DNA of 64,000 bases from the human T2T-CHM13v2.0 reference genome, Homo sapiens (GCF_009914755.1 NC_060925.1), one strand, 5' to 3'; positions 43,176 to 57,159 are shown, counted from the stretch's first letter. Translations and numbers: made by a program. The notes: generated from the letters alone by a model not told the origin.

Positions 43176-43470
43176 TGGCCCTGCACAGTGGTTCACACCT
43201 CTAATCCTAGCACTTTGGGAGGCCAAGGTAGAGGATCCCTTCAGCCCAGCAGCTTGAGACTAACCAGGGCAACATAGTGAGACCTCCATCTCTACAAAAA
43301 ATAAAAAATTAGCCAGGCATGGTGGCATGTGCCTGGAATCCCAGTTACATAAGAGGCTGAATCAGAAGGATTACTTGAGCTAAGAAGGTCGAGGCTGCAG
43401 TGAGCCATGACCCTCAGCCTGCTGCACTCCAGCCTCAGCAACAGAGCATGACCCTGTCTCAAATAATAAT
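43176..43470 (+). mobile_element. Alu (AluJ-like), preceded by an Alu stub at about 43065-43130
   Basis: Dimeric Alu consensus. Confidence 0.88.
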
Positions 43471-43621
43471 AATCATTCCGAAATAAGGGACATAATTTTT
43501 AAGGAGAGTTAAAAGGCTGAAAAAATAATAGCATACAAGCCAGAATGGGAGTCTCTGAATTTAAAGTGAATTATTTACATTGTTTAGGAGGAGAATAGAG
43601 ATATTGATTAACTCTAGTCTA

Positions 43622-44074
<453 letters not shown>

Positions 44075-44153
44075 TCAAGAATCAACTGTGTTGCCAACAT
44101 GCATATTTAAAGAGAAAAAGGAAAAGAACCCAGCAACCAGAGCAGGGGACCAG

Positions 44154-46890
44154 TTTACTGGCTCTTGGTGTCTGCTGAGCCAGGGCCTGGGTGGACAGCC
44201 CATGGGCTGGGCTGGGCTGAGATGGGGCTGGGTCATCCATAACCTTTAGAACAGGGCTTCTGGCCATGGGACTGATGGTGTAATTCCTTAGCAACTGCAG
44301 CAACACTGGAGACAAACTCAGAAAAATTGATCTTCTCCTCATGATTCTTGTCCTTCTTAAACAACTTTTCCAAGAAATCTGGGCTCTTTTTTTTTTTCCT
44401 GTGGGGAGAAGATATCAAACAAAAGGAAGGTTATAACCTGGGGCTGGACTGGGATTGTGAGAAGGAGATGGCAGAAGCTAAGGGGAAATATGTAGCGGGT
44501 GAGGTGGGGGTTTTAGGAGGGTGGGGTTGGGACAGCCGTAATGGATGGGATGGGGAGCCCTAACCCTGGCGTTTTAATTGGTGACTCTTGGTTCAAATGA
44601 GAGCATGCATAGCAGATCCAAAAATTCTGAGGCCAGGTCTGTCTGTGCCCCTTGGAATGCCTGATATTCATTCTACATGGGCAAACACCCTTTGGACTCC
44701 AGTCTCAAAATTCCCTCCACTCCTCATCATCCCATCAAAATACACCAATTCTGAATCCCCTCCTTGTCGGAGCTCACTCTCTGTGATTCAATCTGTTGCA
44801 TTATTTGTGCCAGTGAGGTCAGTGGGTGCTAATGGTTTAATGGTGAAGTTAGATGTTATAGTGAGTGGAAATCAAAAACTCTCCAGGGTTTTAGGGCTGC
44901 CTCATTTCACTTGGCATTATGATTCTGTGGTGTCACTACTGCTCCCAGGGGTACATGAAAAGAAGCTTCCAGAAGGAGCAGACGAACCCAGAGTTGAATC
45001 TAAAGGGGGAAATTTTTTTACAGACAGAAGAGAGATACTTTAAGCCAGGAGACCTTCTCTCGACCCACAAGTCACATAGCCTGCTGACTGTCTAATAACA
45101 ATCGTTAACACCACTATCCCTCTTCCCATCTTACAAAACATCGCACATGTTTTACCTCATTTAAATGTTCATAACAATCCCAGGAAATAAGTGACATTGT
45201 CCCCATTTTTACATCTAAGGTAACTAACACTCCCTGAGTTGGTGTTTACGTATTTGTAACAATGAAATAAGTAAACAGCAGGGGCTGTGCAGGAAATCGG
45301 TTCTTCTCACCCCATCCTGGACTCTGTCTACTGCCCACCTTCCATTCAGGAGTAGAGGTGCAGGTGGCTGGGGGGAGGTGTGAGATGCTCGCCAGCCTGC
45401 CACATCGGTGCCTCTCCATGTGCTGGTTCTCAGGCCAGTCAGGGCCATGGGTGCCGTGCACTCCTGCCCCACTCCCACCCAGCCGCTGGGTCCCTGCTCA
45501 CAAGGCTGATAGGAAGGTGGGGGAAATGCATGACGTTGGACATCCAGATCTGCCCATGGCATCTGAATCTCGGGTGTATTTGTGACATAGGTTGAGCAAG
45601 CCCTTCAGCTGCTCCTCAGCTCCCATGTCCAGTAAGCTGCAGGAAAGGGCGCCGGTCGCCTGGCTTGCTTTCCAACGTCTAAGACTGTGGGGAACAGGGA
45701 TGAGAGGAGACAGGATAGGCAGGGAATGGAGTGAGGGCCGGTGCTGCAGGGAAGGTGAGAGGCAGCCCTGAGAAGGAGCAAAAGGAATCTGATAATCCTT
45801 CAGTCCAGGTGAAATCCAGAGGAGGGAATAAATGTTTGAGGAGAGGGAGGGGAAGTCATGGAAATTGTAAGACCCAGGGTGGGATGTGTGGGCAGAGGGA
45901 GGAGGGGGTCGGCTGCAGGAGTGGAAGAATGAGGTGGTAGCGTCTGAGGGATCCTGAATTTAAGGTGCTGGGGAAAGTAGGAGTCCGCCTAGGGATCTAT
46001 TACTGCTGAAATCAGCAGTGAGACCTTCCAGCAAAACACTGACATGAAGAAAGGCACGATCACCCCCTCGCTTTCCCAGAGCTCTGGGATCTCAGATAAA
46101 ATATAAAGAACCCAGGTGGTGCCCCGTCTGTGTGGAGCTACTGACAGGTCAGCAATCAACAGCCCAGGGGAGGCCTGAGCGACCCCACTCCATGTGTCTC
46201 CTGGACCTCTGGGCTCAAGTCCTCTTACGATGCTCCAGGGGGCACTGGAGGGCTCTGCCAATCCCTGCACATTTGTACCGTCCCTGTGCTCCCAACCCTG
46301 GGCCCAGGGCTGGGAGCAAGGGGGAATTAAGGGAACGGTACAAACATGAAGGATTCACTCTGGACCTCTCCAGTGCCTCAGAGCATCTTGAAGAGACCTG
46401 AGCCCAGGAAGCTGCGAAATGAACAAACCACTCAGTAGAAAGAAGGACTGCAGCAGGTAGAGGCGGTGCTGGGAATCCTGGACTTGGCTCTGGCCTCATG
46501 GGTCTACAGAGACATTCTCTGCAGTAGCTCTTCTGTGAAGCTCCTTGGTGTCACAAGACCACCAAAAGTCAGAACAGAAAGGATATAGATTATCTAGTCC
46601 AGCCCCTCACTGCCCAAAAGAAGATGCTGAGGCCTGGAGGGAGAGGATGAATGACTTCCCTGCAGGTTGCACAGGCCAGTCAGGGACAAGCTGTAACTTG
46701 AACCCAGGCATCCTGACTCCCAGCCCAGGGCCTTCCTCCTGACATAAATAGGCAGCAAGCAGGATGGAGCATTGTGCCTTAAACATAGAAGCACAAGGGC
46801 ACACGGGGACTCACCAGACCCTGCAGAGAAGGCCTAGAGGAGGGTAAATGGGAGAAGGGTGTCAGATGGAGAGCAGTGCCTTTGATGGTG
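44154..46890 (-). pseudogene. S100A7P1: S100A7-like three-exon locus (S100A7P1-type). The predicted spliced ORF join(complement 45502..45626, 44233..44398) is open, 96 aa
   Basis: An exon 1 homologue has donor CTG|GTGAGT at 46814 and a degenerate TATA (CATCAAAG, about 46880-46887). Exon 2 has acceptor cctgcag|C at 45636, ATG at 45626 and donor TT|GTGAGC at 45501. Exon 3 has acceptor cccacag|G at 44398, with AGTAAA at 44154-44159. Confidence 0.85.
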
Positions 46891-47229
46891 CTCAGATTTA
46901 GGCTGGGACCAGGACTGGGTGCCTGGGGCTTATTCCATCAGCTGCCTCAACAGGATGCTGGTCCGGGTGGGAACTCAGCCGACACTGCCCTGGGACTCAG
47001 TTGTGCCTGCCCAGCGAGGCCCCAGCAGAGTCCTCTTGCCTTTCTAAGTCCTATGGGGCTGGAACGGTGGGTGATGACAGAGGGAATGTGAGAGTGCTGC
47101 TGTGCCCCCAGGACATAGGGCATTTGGGGATTTGCAGGTGGAATCAGAGTCCCTGATTATGTATCCAATGAATCATTTGAGGAGCTTTCATTACCTGTCA
47201 GTAATGTAAACGCAGCTGTCATTTGTGAC

Positions 47230-47440
47230 AGGTTACCACATGCCAGGCAGTCTGCTAAGAGCTTTGCATGCATGGTCTCATTTAATTATCAGGAGAATCC
47301 TGTGTGATGGGTATTATTATCTCAGTTTACAGACGTGAACAGAGAGTTTAGCTAGATTTGCCAAGAGTACACCCTTAGAAAGTGGCAAAGCCAGGATTTG
47401 AACCCAAGTCCTACTGACTCCGAAGCCCAGCTTCTAGCCA
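47230..47440. mobile_element. MIR
   Basis: atgccaggca.tctgctaagagcttt...ggcaaagccaggatttgaacccaagtc. Confidence 0.7.
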
Positions 47441-48274
47441 TCTGTGGAAATCCAGGGTCTGTGCTGTCAGTCTTGGCTGAGCATGGAGTTACCCTGCCCC
47501 GCAGGAGCCACTGTCCAGTGCAGTGCACAGTAGAGGAACCAGGGCTCTGACCTGGACATGGCCCAGGGACCTTTGTCCAGGCTGTTCTGTGAGCTCTAGG
47601 CCCCAGATGGCAGGCAGGAAGCCTCTGTGTTCCCCAGAGCACACTCCTGCTGGCCACAGTGGCCTCCAGGTCACTCCAGAAGGGAAAGCTGCTGACTAAG
47701 ACCCTGTGCTTTCTAAGGAAAGCCACTTTTATTTGAGATGTCTTGCTGATCCTCCCAGGGCACCCAGGAAGACAACTGAGATTTTTATCTCATCTTACAG
47801 CTGAAGGAAAAAGGGTCACTGGCAGGTGGCTTGCACAAAGTCACAGAGCTGGGGAGGGGCAAACATGGGACCATGTCACAGAACTCTGTCTCCAATGAGC
47901 ACTCTTGCTGCATGATCTCAGAGCCCCACCAGGTTCCTGGACACACCAAGACAGCCATGGTCCATCCGCCACAGAAACCTCAGGGGCAGGGACAAGTCCT
48001 GCCAACTCACTGGGCTTACCATTGGCCTAGTATGTAATGCAAATTATTCCCCACTGGGAGAGGGGAGCCCGGATTAGTCAGTGGACATCCACTCAGGTAC
48101 GCTGGTGCTCCTCAAGGCTGCTTCTCATGTCTCCTTTGAATAGGGCCTGTTCATGGAGCCCTTCATATTCCCCCTACAGTGCTCCTCATGCTCCCAGGGT
48201 CTGTCAGGAGCACCAGTGGCCTTCCTGACATCAGGACTCCCTGGCTCTGCTATTCTCTCGATTGTCCCTCATCA

Positions 48275-48600
48275 CATGTGTGTGCACACGCACACACACA
48301 TGCATCTGTGCACACGCACACACACACGTGCATCTGCACACACAAACACACACACGTGCACCTGCACACATGCACACACAAGAACACGTGCATCTGCGCA
48401 CACACACATGAACACCTGCATCTGTGCACACACACACAAACACGTGCATCTGCGCACACACACACACGAACACGTGCATCTGTGCACACATGCACACACA
48501 CAAACACGTGCATCTGCGCGCACACACACATGAACACGTGCATCTGTGCACACATGCACACACACAAACACGTGCATCTGTGCACACACACACACACACG
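48275..48600. repeat. CA-rich minisatellite, unit about CACGTGCATCTG(T/C)GCACACA(n)
   Basis: About 10 variable units of roughly 26-34 bp. This repeat is the source of the HT/CV-rich ORFs in the track. Confidence 0.9.
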
Positions 48601-49689
48601 TTGGCACTGAATACATCTGCACTGGTGCCTTGGAACTGTATCCTCTGCACAGCTTCCCATCCACCCTCCTCCAGCCAGGCCCTCTTTCTGCAGAGTTTTC
48701 AAATGTGTTTATTCCAAGATATTTTCAGGAGTCAGAGATGTCAAACTGTAAAAAAGCACAGGAGCTTAGGGAAGGGATGGAGGTGAGGCTGTAGTCCCAA
48801 ATCACCTCCAAAGCCTTCCGGTTAAAAGCACGGGTTCCAGACACAGGCTGCCATACAACTTATTATCTCTGTGTGTCAGTGTCCTCATCAGTAAAAGTGG
48901 TGACAAAGATAGTAGATTCCTCCTAGGTTGTTGTGAAAATTAAACGAGTTAATATATGTGAAGGACTTGAGAGGGTAATCAACAAGTGGTATTTGCTAAA
49001 TATACTTACTATTATTATTATTCTGTCTATATTCAAGAAAGCAGCATAATGAGGTATTATTTGCACTACCTTTCCCCAGGGCAGGTGCAGGAGGGGGTAC
49101 TTGGAAGATGGTTTCATCTTGAGCAGAAAGGGCAGAACCTCGTTGCTTGTCTCAGAAATGCCGAGTTTTCTACCATCACCTGAGGGTCCCAGAATGAAAC
49201 TGTGTGTGCAGAAGACAGATCTGAGGATTAGCCAGCCTCTCTAGTGCTACCTATCCAGGTGTGGCTCCCTTCAGTTAGTATGGAGAGCTGAGACCTTACC
49301 TGAGGCATAAGTACAAATGCTTGCCCAACTAGTGGGGTTGGTTCCAGCCTGATCCCTGCAGGCAGTCTGTCTAAGACGGTGGTTTGCACAGTGTGCCATA
49401 GGGGCCCCCTTGGAAGAACACGTGATGAAATGAAGCAACTGGGGCTCAGGCAACAGCCCAGGAGTTAGGAGCACTGAATTCTTGTCTGGGTGGCTGCGGG
49501 TGAGGCCCTTACCTCCTTCTGTAGAGTTGTCTCATCTACTGAAGGATGAAAAGAACTCATTGCACAGAATTCTCCTGAGGTTCACAAGAGATAATGGGGA
49601 CAATGGTAATATATAAATATAAGGAGATGGCAGTTTTGTTTTTGTTGGGTTTTTTTTTGTAAACAATAGTGATTTTCTTTTCTTTTTTA

Positions 49690-50000
49690 ATTTAATTTTA
49701 TGGTTTTTTTTAAGTTCCGGGATACTTGCATAGGATGTGCAGGTTTGTTAGTTACATAGGTAAACATGTACCATGGTGGTTTGCTGCACCTATCAACCCA
49801 TCACCTAGGTATTAAGCCCCACTTGCATTAACTATGTATCCTGATGCTCTTCCTCCCCCCGCCAAAGTGACAGGTCCCAGTGTGTGTTGTTCCCCTCCCT
49901 GTGTCCATGTGTTCTCATTGTTCAGCTTCCACTTATAAGTGAGAACGTGCAGTGCTTGGGTTTCTGTTCCTGTGTTAGTTTGCTGATGATAATGGCTTCC
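49690..50000 (-). mobile_element. L1PA 3'-end fragment
   Basis: gtgcaggtttgtta..catagg...cccacttataagtgagaac...gataatggcttcc. Confidence 0.85.
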
Positions 50001-50369
50001 GGAGATGGCAGTTTTGAGAGACTTAGGGCCGATGGGGTTAATTGGAGCCAGGTCAGGTGGGGCAGCAAATTAAAACTAGCAAGAGAAAGTCCAACAAGGG
50101 GGTGACAGGTGCATCGAAATGAGAATCAGGCAACTTGCTCCTAACAAACCATGTGGCCAGCAGCGGGCACACCTCAGGCCTCTCTTTCTTCATCCATAAA
50201 ATCGTATGAAATCCTGTGTCATGAAGGAGTGCTCCCATATCAGCAACACACTCCCCCACCACCATTATAATGCACTCTCCTTGATTCAGCACCCTCCAGG
50301 ATCCCTTCTGAGACATACTCTCCTGGTTCCTCCTGCGTCCTTTGAAGGCAGGGGTTGGCCATTGGAGAT

Positions 50370-52410
50370 GCTGATACTGAACTAAGTACCCTGGCTTAAA
50401 TGAGAGTGACTGGATCCTACAGCAGTAGAGGCAGGTGACAGAACTTAACCATTAGAAGCAAGGTGGCCTCACAACATACCAGGCAGCAAGATTAGGCTGG
50501 CCGCAGGGGAGTGTGTCCCGCAGGGATCTACGGAGTTGGCTAAAGAGCATGGTGCTGATAGGAACAAGATATACAGGCATCTGTGTCAGAAGGAATTCAG
50601 CCTTGCCCACACAGAGGCCTGGCCTCTGCCCTGGGATTCTGGAGGTCATGTCTAAGCCCTGGAAATATCATCCCCAAGAAGCGTGTCCTTGTTTTCCTGG
50701 AAATTAGAACCACTCCAGAAAGCCTAACAATGTGATTGATGGTGGAGGCTTTGAGTCATGTCTTATCAGCTCAACTTCTGGAGGGCTGGAGACTGAGGTC
50801 AGTCACACAGGCAGTGCACCAAACGGTCCTCATAAAAACTCTGGTCACCAAAGCTCAGATAAGGTTCCCTGGTTGGCAAAGCCACAAGCTGTTGCCAGGA
50901 GCAGCACTGCCCATGACTGCACAGGGAGAGGATGACCGGATGCTCCTGCTTGGAGCTTTCCTGGACTCTGCCCCATGTGTCTCTTTCTTACATATTATAG
51001 TCTGTATCTTCTCCCTATAATCAACCACAACTATGAGTATAACCACTTTCAGTGAGTGCTGCAAGTTCTTCTGGAAAATTATCAAAACACAGGGTACTGC
51101 TAGAGACCCCTGAGCTTGTAATTGGTGTCAGCAGTGAGGGCTGTCTTGTGGACTGTGCTCCCTCCAACTCTAAAACAGCCAACAGGGTACAGCTTAATAT
51201 GATCAATAAAAAGAAACCAAGAATGAAAGCAGAAGGCTTAGATCAGTCACCAGATAGAAAAGTATTATCCTTTGTCAGGTCTCCACACCTGAGCCAGTTC
51301 TCAGACCCCGAACCCATCATTAGAAAGAGAAGCCTGGTCCCCACAGAGAGACCTTGTAATATCACAGCAAATGCATATAACAGCGATTTCTTCACCTTCA
51401 TCTAAGGTGCCTATGGCCAATTCCTCTGCTTGATCAGTTAGGCTCCTCGTGCCAGGACCCCAGTTGCCCCCAAAAAGGTGTAACTTCACAGGAAGGGTAA
51501 TTGATTCTGATCACCATGTGGGACTGCTCCTACATAATGGGGTAGGGAGCATACTTCTGGGACTCGGGTGATCCCCTGGGGTATCAATTATTATCCCTAC
51601 ATATAGTTTTAACAGTAAATGGGTAAGTACAGCAACCGAGGTCTGATAAGGGCATAGGAACCAGCAGCATGCAGCCCTCAGTGATGAGAGTCTGCGCCGC
51701 CCCACCAGGTAAGCCACCTAGACCAGCAGAGGTGCCAGCCACCAGGAGGGAAATCTATAATAAATCATAGAGGGGGGAGAGGATGTGCATCAGTTGTGAC
51801 CTCTAAAACAACCGCAGCAGGACAGCCTGTAGTAGCCCCCAACCCTTCTTTTGTAAAATTACCCAGAAATCAAAACCAGCTAGAACTGGAGAAGCAATCG
51901 CTGGATGGAATGAACCTGATGTGAGAAGCAAATAGATCTGAGTGGGCATAAGGTGTGGACTGCAGTAGATACTGTGATGCCCACCCTCATCCCTGTTACC
52001 TGATCCGTGTGCCCGTCTCCAGCTTCTGTTAATGTTGGCCACTAATAGGGCACGACTGCACCCTTCTCCTAAGAGCAGCCCCTGATCCAATGGAGCTCCC
52101 AGCCCGGAAATGCCTAAAAGGCTCTGCCTCTCCCTGGGGGTGGCCTATAGCCAGTGACAAATGGTGCAGGAATACACAAGGTGGGCCTCTTTGCCTCCAG
52201 GTGGGGTAACTCCATTCAGGCTGCAGAGCTCCCTGTGGGATGAGAACAAAGCTAGACTGAAGCTGAGCTCCTGTCTCCAATGAGCTTTTTCCCCGTCCAT
52301 GCTGTCACCCCCATGTCCTCCCAGGTTTCCCCTGACAGCACTCCCTGATAAACCATATCACTTGCAGGGGAATCCCCATCTTAGTCTCTACTTCTAGGAA
52401 ATCTTACTGT
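50370..52410 (+). mobile_element. Old ERVL-class remnants (MER21/MER77-like LTR at about 50555-51185; internal fragment; LTR16-like at about 51960-52410)
   Basis: Recalled similarity to ERVL LTR motifs only. Subfamily is uncertain. Confidence 0.45.
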
Positions 52411-52532
52411 GAACTTACCCCAAATAAGTTCTCCTGGTAAAATAGAAAGGGTGATGTCAGCCAAGTATTATCTGGTGGTGGGGCAATATCACGAGTGAGG
52501 AGAATGCAAGAATCCGATAAGAAAGGAGGATA

Positions 52533-53315
<783 letters not shown>

Positions 53316-54238
53316 TCAAAGATGGAGGAATTTACAGAGGTGTAAGGAATAATAGGGAAATTGGGGAAATGGTCTGAACATGGCCCTGGTGATTAAAATG
53401 AATGCTGATCCTACTGCCTGGCCCAAAGGGTTTGAAGGGCTTAAAACTGGGAAGAATTAGCAACACCCAGTGGAGAGGCCACAAGAAGATGGGCATCTTG
53501 TGGGGAGGAACAGCCATTGCATCATTTTTATTTCTGCATCTTCATTGTCTGGCAGAGTACAAGGCTCAGAGATAAGCATCGCTGTCTCCTCCCTGCCCTT
53601 CATCTGATGCTCCTTATCCAACAACGACCACCCCAAAAGCATGGACCTGAATCAGCTGGACTTGTAGCCAGTTTCATGTGTTTTGGAAGGATTCCCCCAC
53701 TGGCCCAAAACTGACTGTCTTGCCTTTGCATCCCCAGTGCCCAGCTGGATGCTGGCATTCAGCAAACCACATTTCTTAGAAAGACAACAATATCCACTCA
53801 CACTGATCCCAACAAGCAGACACAGGAGCAAGGCCAGAGCTGCAGGGGTCAGGCCAGAGGACAGGGGTCTAGTGCTCACTGCTGCTCCTCTCTACTCATG
53901 AGAGTGGTGCAGAGAGCAAGTGCCTATCTGGCCTCTGGCAAGGCCCCAGGCAAGGGTTCCAGTTTACACCCTGATCTAGGCTCACCAAGCTAGGTAGGTA
54001 GGATGCGTCCTCCCAGGTGTGTGAGCACAGGTGAATCTCAAAGCCCAACAACCAAAAAAGAAGAGTGACCAAATCAGGATTCAGGACACTGTGGGGAGCA
54101 CTCTGGAAGCAGACATTTGCTGGGGAGCATTTCTGTACCTAGTGGAGCATCTACAAAGCAGTTAACCAACAACTTCCTGTTCTGTCTAAGATACACACGG
54201 CCAAGGAAAAGGAGGAAGTATCTTGTGGGAGTAGATGC

Positions 54239-54244
54239 TTTATT
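54239..54244 (-). terminator. S100A7L2: S100A7L2 poly(A) signal AATAAA
   Basis: tttatt, 40 nt after the stop codon. Confidence 0.85.
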
Positions 54245-54283
54245 GTCCATGGGGGTCTCCAGAGGCCCCTGGGTAGGGTGGGA

Positions 54284-55555
54284 TCACTGGCTTCCCCCGG
54301 AACAGGGTGCCACTCCATGCATTATCTTGTGGTGGTCTATGGTTATATCCCCCAGCAAGGAAAGAAACTCAGAATAATTAACCTTCTTATCCTTATTATC
54401 ATCTTTTTTCTCAAGGGCATTGGACAAGTAATCCATGTCGCTTTTTTCCTGCATGGAGAGAAACACGCAAGAAAGAAAAATGATATTTGAATTGGAAAAA
54501 GAGGAAAGAGGTATCCTGTGGTGTGAACATGACAAGTGGGTAAGTGGGACAGGAGTGGGTGGAAGAGAGAGAGCAGCATTGCTGGGTTGTTCCTGAGGAG
54601 TTCTCCATTGAGTGACTCCATGAGGAAAACACAGAGATTGGTGTCAGGCTCCGCCAGGAACCACACTGGTAAGGAGTGAGGGGCCTTCATTGGCCACAGA
54701 CCCACAGACCCACCCACCTACCCACCTGTACAGGCGCTGTCTCCTTTCTCCCCAGGGGCCCAGCACAGGCTGACCGCCTTCCTTCTCTTACATGTTGACT
54801 CTTCTCCCATTCCATTTCTTTCCCATTCAAACTGTTAAGTGCCAGGTTCCCTTTCTTTAGGACCCAGTGCTCTATTCTCTCTTGTTATATTTTACTAATA
54901 AGAGTGATGCATTCTAACAGTGAAATAAAACCCAGTATATGAATAAGCTCTGCCAAATATAAAGGGTGGTGCTCATGTTATCAATATTCTGATTTCCATT
55001 GAGTTCCATCTTGACAAGCCTCCACTTGAACCTAGAGGAGTGACTCTCACAGAGGGACAAGGTTACGTTGGGCAGAAGAAACAAATGGCCAGAGCGTGTG
55101 TGTAACCTCTCCAGGTAACGTGGCAGGGGGCCCAGTGGCAGGACAGGAGCCCAGCATGTCTGATTCTCAGTTCCAGTCTCCATCTCTTGAATGGTTAGTC
55201 TCTCCACGGGGCTGGTCCTGCCTAAGGCTGGGACAGATGGATCAGTGAGGCATACCAGGCTCAGAATTACCCAATAAAAATAGTGAATTCAGCTCCCAGA
55301 GATGAGTCCTCAGACATGTCACAATGCACAGGACCTGTCCAAGAATCACTACTCCATTGCCCCGCACAAATATAAAAGCTCTCCCAGCCAAGGGCGGGCA
55401 GAGTCCCCACTCACACAGCCACTGAGGAAGTTGGGGAAGTTCTCCTTCATCAAGTTCACCAGACCTGGCATGTCCATCCTACCATCATCTCCACTGTATT
55501 GGCGAAACATCGCGACTATGTCCAACATGACTTTCTCACCTAGAGGGATATTCAT
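54284..55555 (-). CDS. S100A7L2: S100A7-like 2, 101 aa; join(complement 55415..55555, 54284..54448)
   Basis: [47 protein letters not shown] + [54 protein letters not shown]. Exon sizes (141 and 165 nt) equal those of S100A7A, and the intron is GT-AG. Confidence 0.95.
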
Positions 55556-57159
55556 CTTTGCTTTCAAAAAGACTTCAGGAAATAAAAACAATGATTGTTT
55601 TCCTTCTCTAGTGAATGACTGATATTAAGAAGATGAGAAGGGATTGAGGAGCAAATGAGGACGAGGCTAAGGTGGACCAGAGAAACCTGTGTTTCTCTGT
55701 GTGGTGGGATAAATTGCTTCCAAAGAGGAGGGTAGAGCCATACCTGGGATCTGGGCTCACACAGGCCGGGGAGCAACAGGAGAAGAGGAGACAAGCAGAA
55801 GCCCAGCTATGGGCCGTGCTTGTGAGAGGGAGAAGTAGGGAGAGATAGAGGCCAACAACACGTGGAAGAACTAAACCCTGAGCAGGGACCCCCAGCCACA
55901 GTCAGCACATGGCAGACTCCACTCCTCAAACAGCACCAAATCCATCTCCTCCAGCTTCACAGCCAGGGTGAGAGTCACGGGGGCAGGACAACGGCCTTGG
56001 TGATCTGGTGTCTGACCCTCCTGGGCTGCTTCAAGAACCAGACACCGTGGGCCCCACCTTGACTCAAGTGCAAGCCCTGCATGACACGGTGCATGCAGGC
56101 TCCAGGTGCACATATGAGCGTGGACATGAGTGTTAGCAGGAAACACAGCCCTGTCCCGAACACAGGGGGCCCTTCCTAGACCCTCACAGGAATGTGAAAG
56201 AGGCACGGGTGACCATAGCTAGCCTCTGTTAAAAAGAACAGAAATAACTCTCTGGTTCTTAAGCTGCTGGATGGGGTGGGAATGAGGTGGGGGTCCCTTC
56301 ATGTCTGCTCTTGGGAATTATCTGCACCCTTTAAATCACCAAGGCTGGATGTTATTTAAATAAAAAGTTCTGATTTCCCAAAGCAGATCCTCCAGCCAAT
56401 ACTCAGTCTGGGCTGGCCTGCACCCCAAGCCTGAAAAATAGGACAGTGCAGTTCCCACTTCCCACACTTTCCAAAGAACCAGAAAATGACATTTGCTCAT
56501 GCCTGTGGGCATCTGACAATAAACCCCTATCACCTCCCAAAGCAGGAGAAAGCTCTGTGCTGGCAACTCACTAAAAGGAGCCATCTAAAGCCTTTTTGAG
56601 TCTGAGGCCAAGGCCAAGGGCTGAGCCCTGTGCCCAGAGGGTGACTGAGAGTTTGCAGGTTGTAGTAGGGAGTGAGGGAGCTTTGGTTGCTCAATACCTT
56701 ACCCAGGTAGGGGCAGATCATCTCACCAGGGCTATGCTGTGTGGAGGTCCCAGGCCTGGGGGTTCAGCAAGCCTCCAAAGTATTCTTAGGGGACTCTTAG
56801 CCCTCTGTGGGGGCAGACTTGGGGAAGGGATTCAGTACCCCAGACCCCAACAGGAGGATGAATCCAGGAAGAAGACAGGGAGGGTCCTGTGCTCAGGTCC
56901 CACTGGGGACATTTCCACAGGAGTTGTCTCAGGAGATCCCAAAGGAGCAATGGACAGGTCTGGTTCAGCCACCTGGTTGTACAGATGTGGGCTCTCGGGC
57001 TCGAGTGAAGGTCACTCAGCCCGGCTGGTGGCAGAGCCGGGCCTAGACCCAGGCTCCTGAGTCATCATCCACAGCCCTCTTTCCTCCTATAGGAGAAAGT
57101 GAATGGTAGGCCAGACACTGGGCACTGCTAGAAAAGGCAAAGAGGCAGGTGAGACTTAC

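Noticed and set aside
48153-48794. Multiple His/Thr- and Cys/Val-rich ORFs
   Set aside because: These are translations of the CA-rich minisatellite in all frames.
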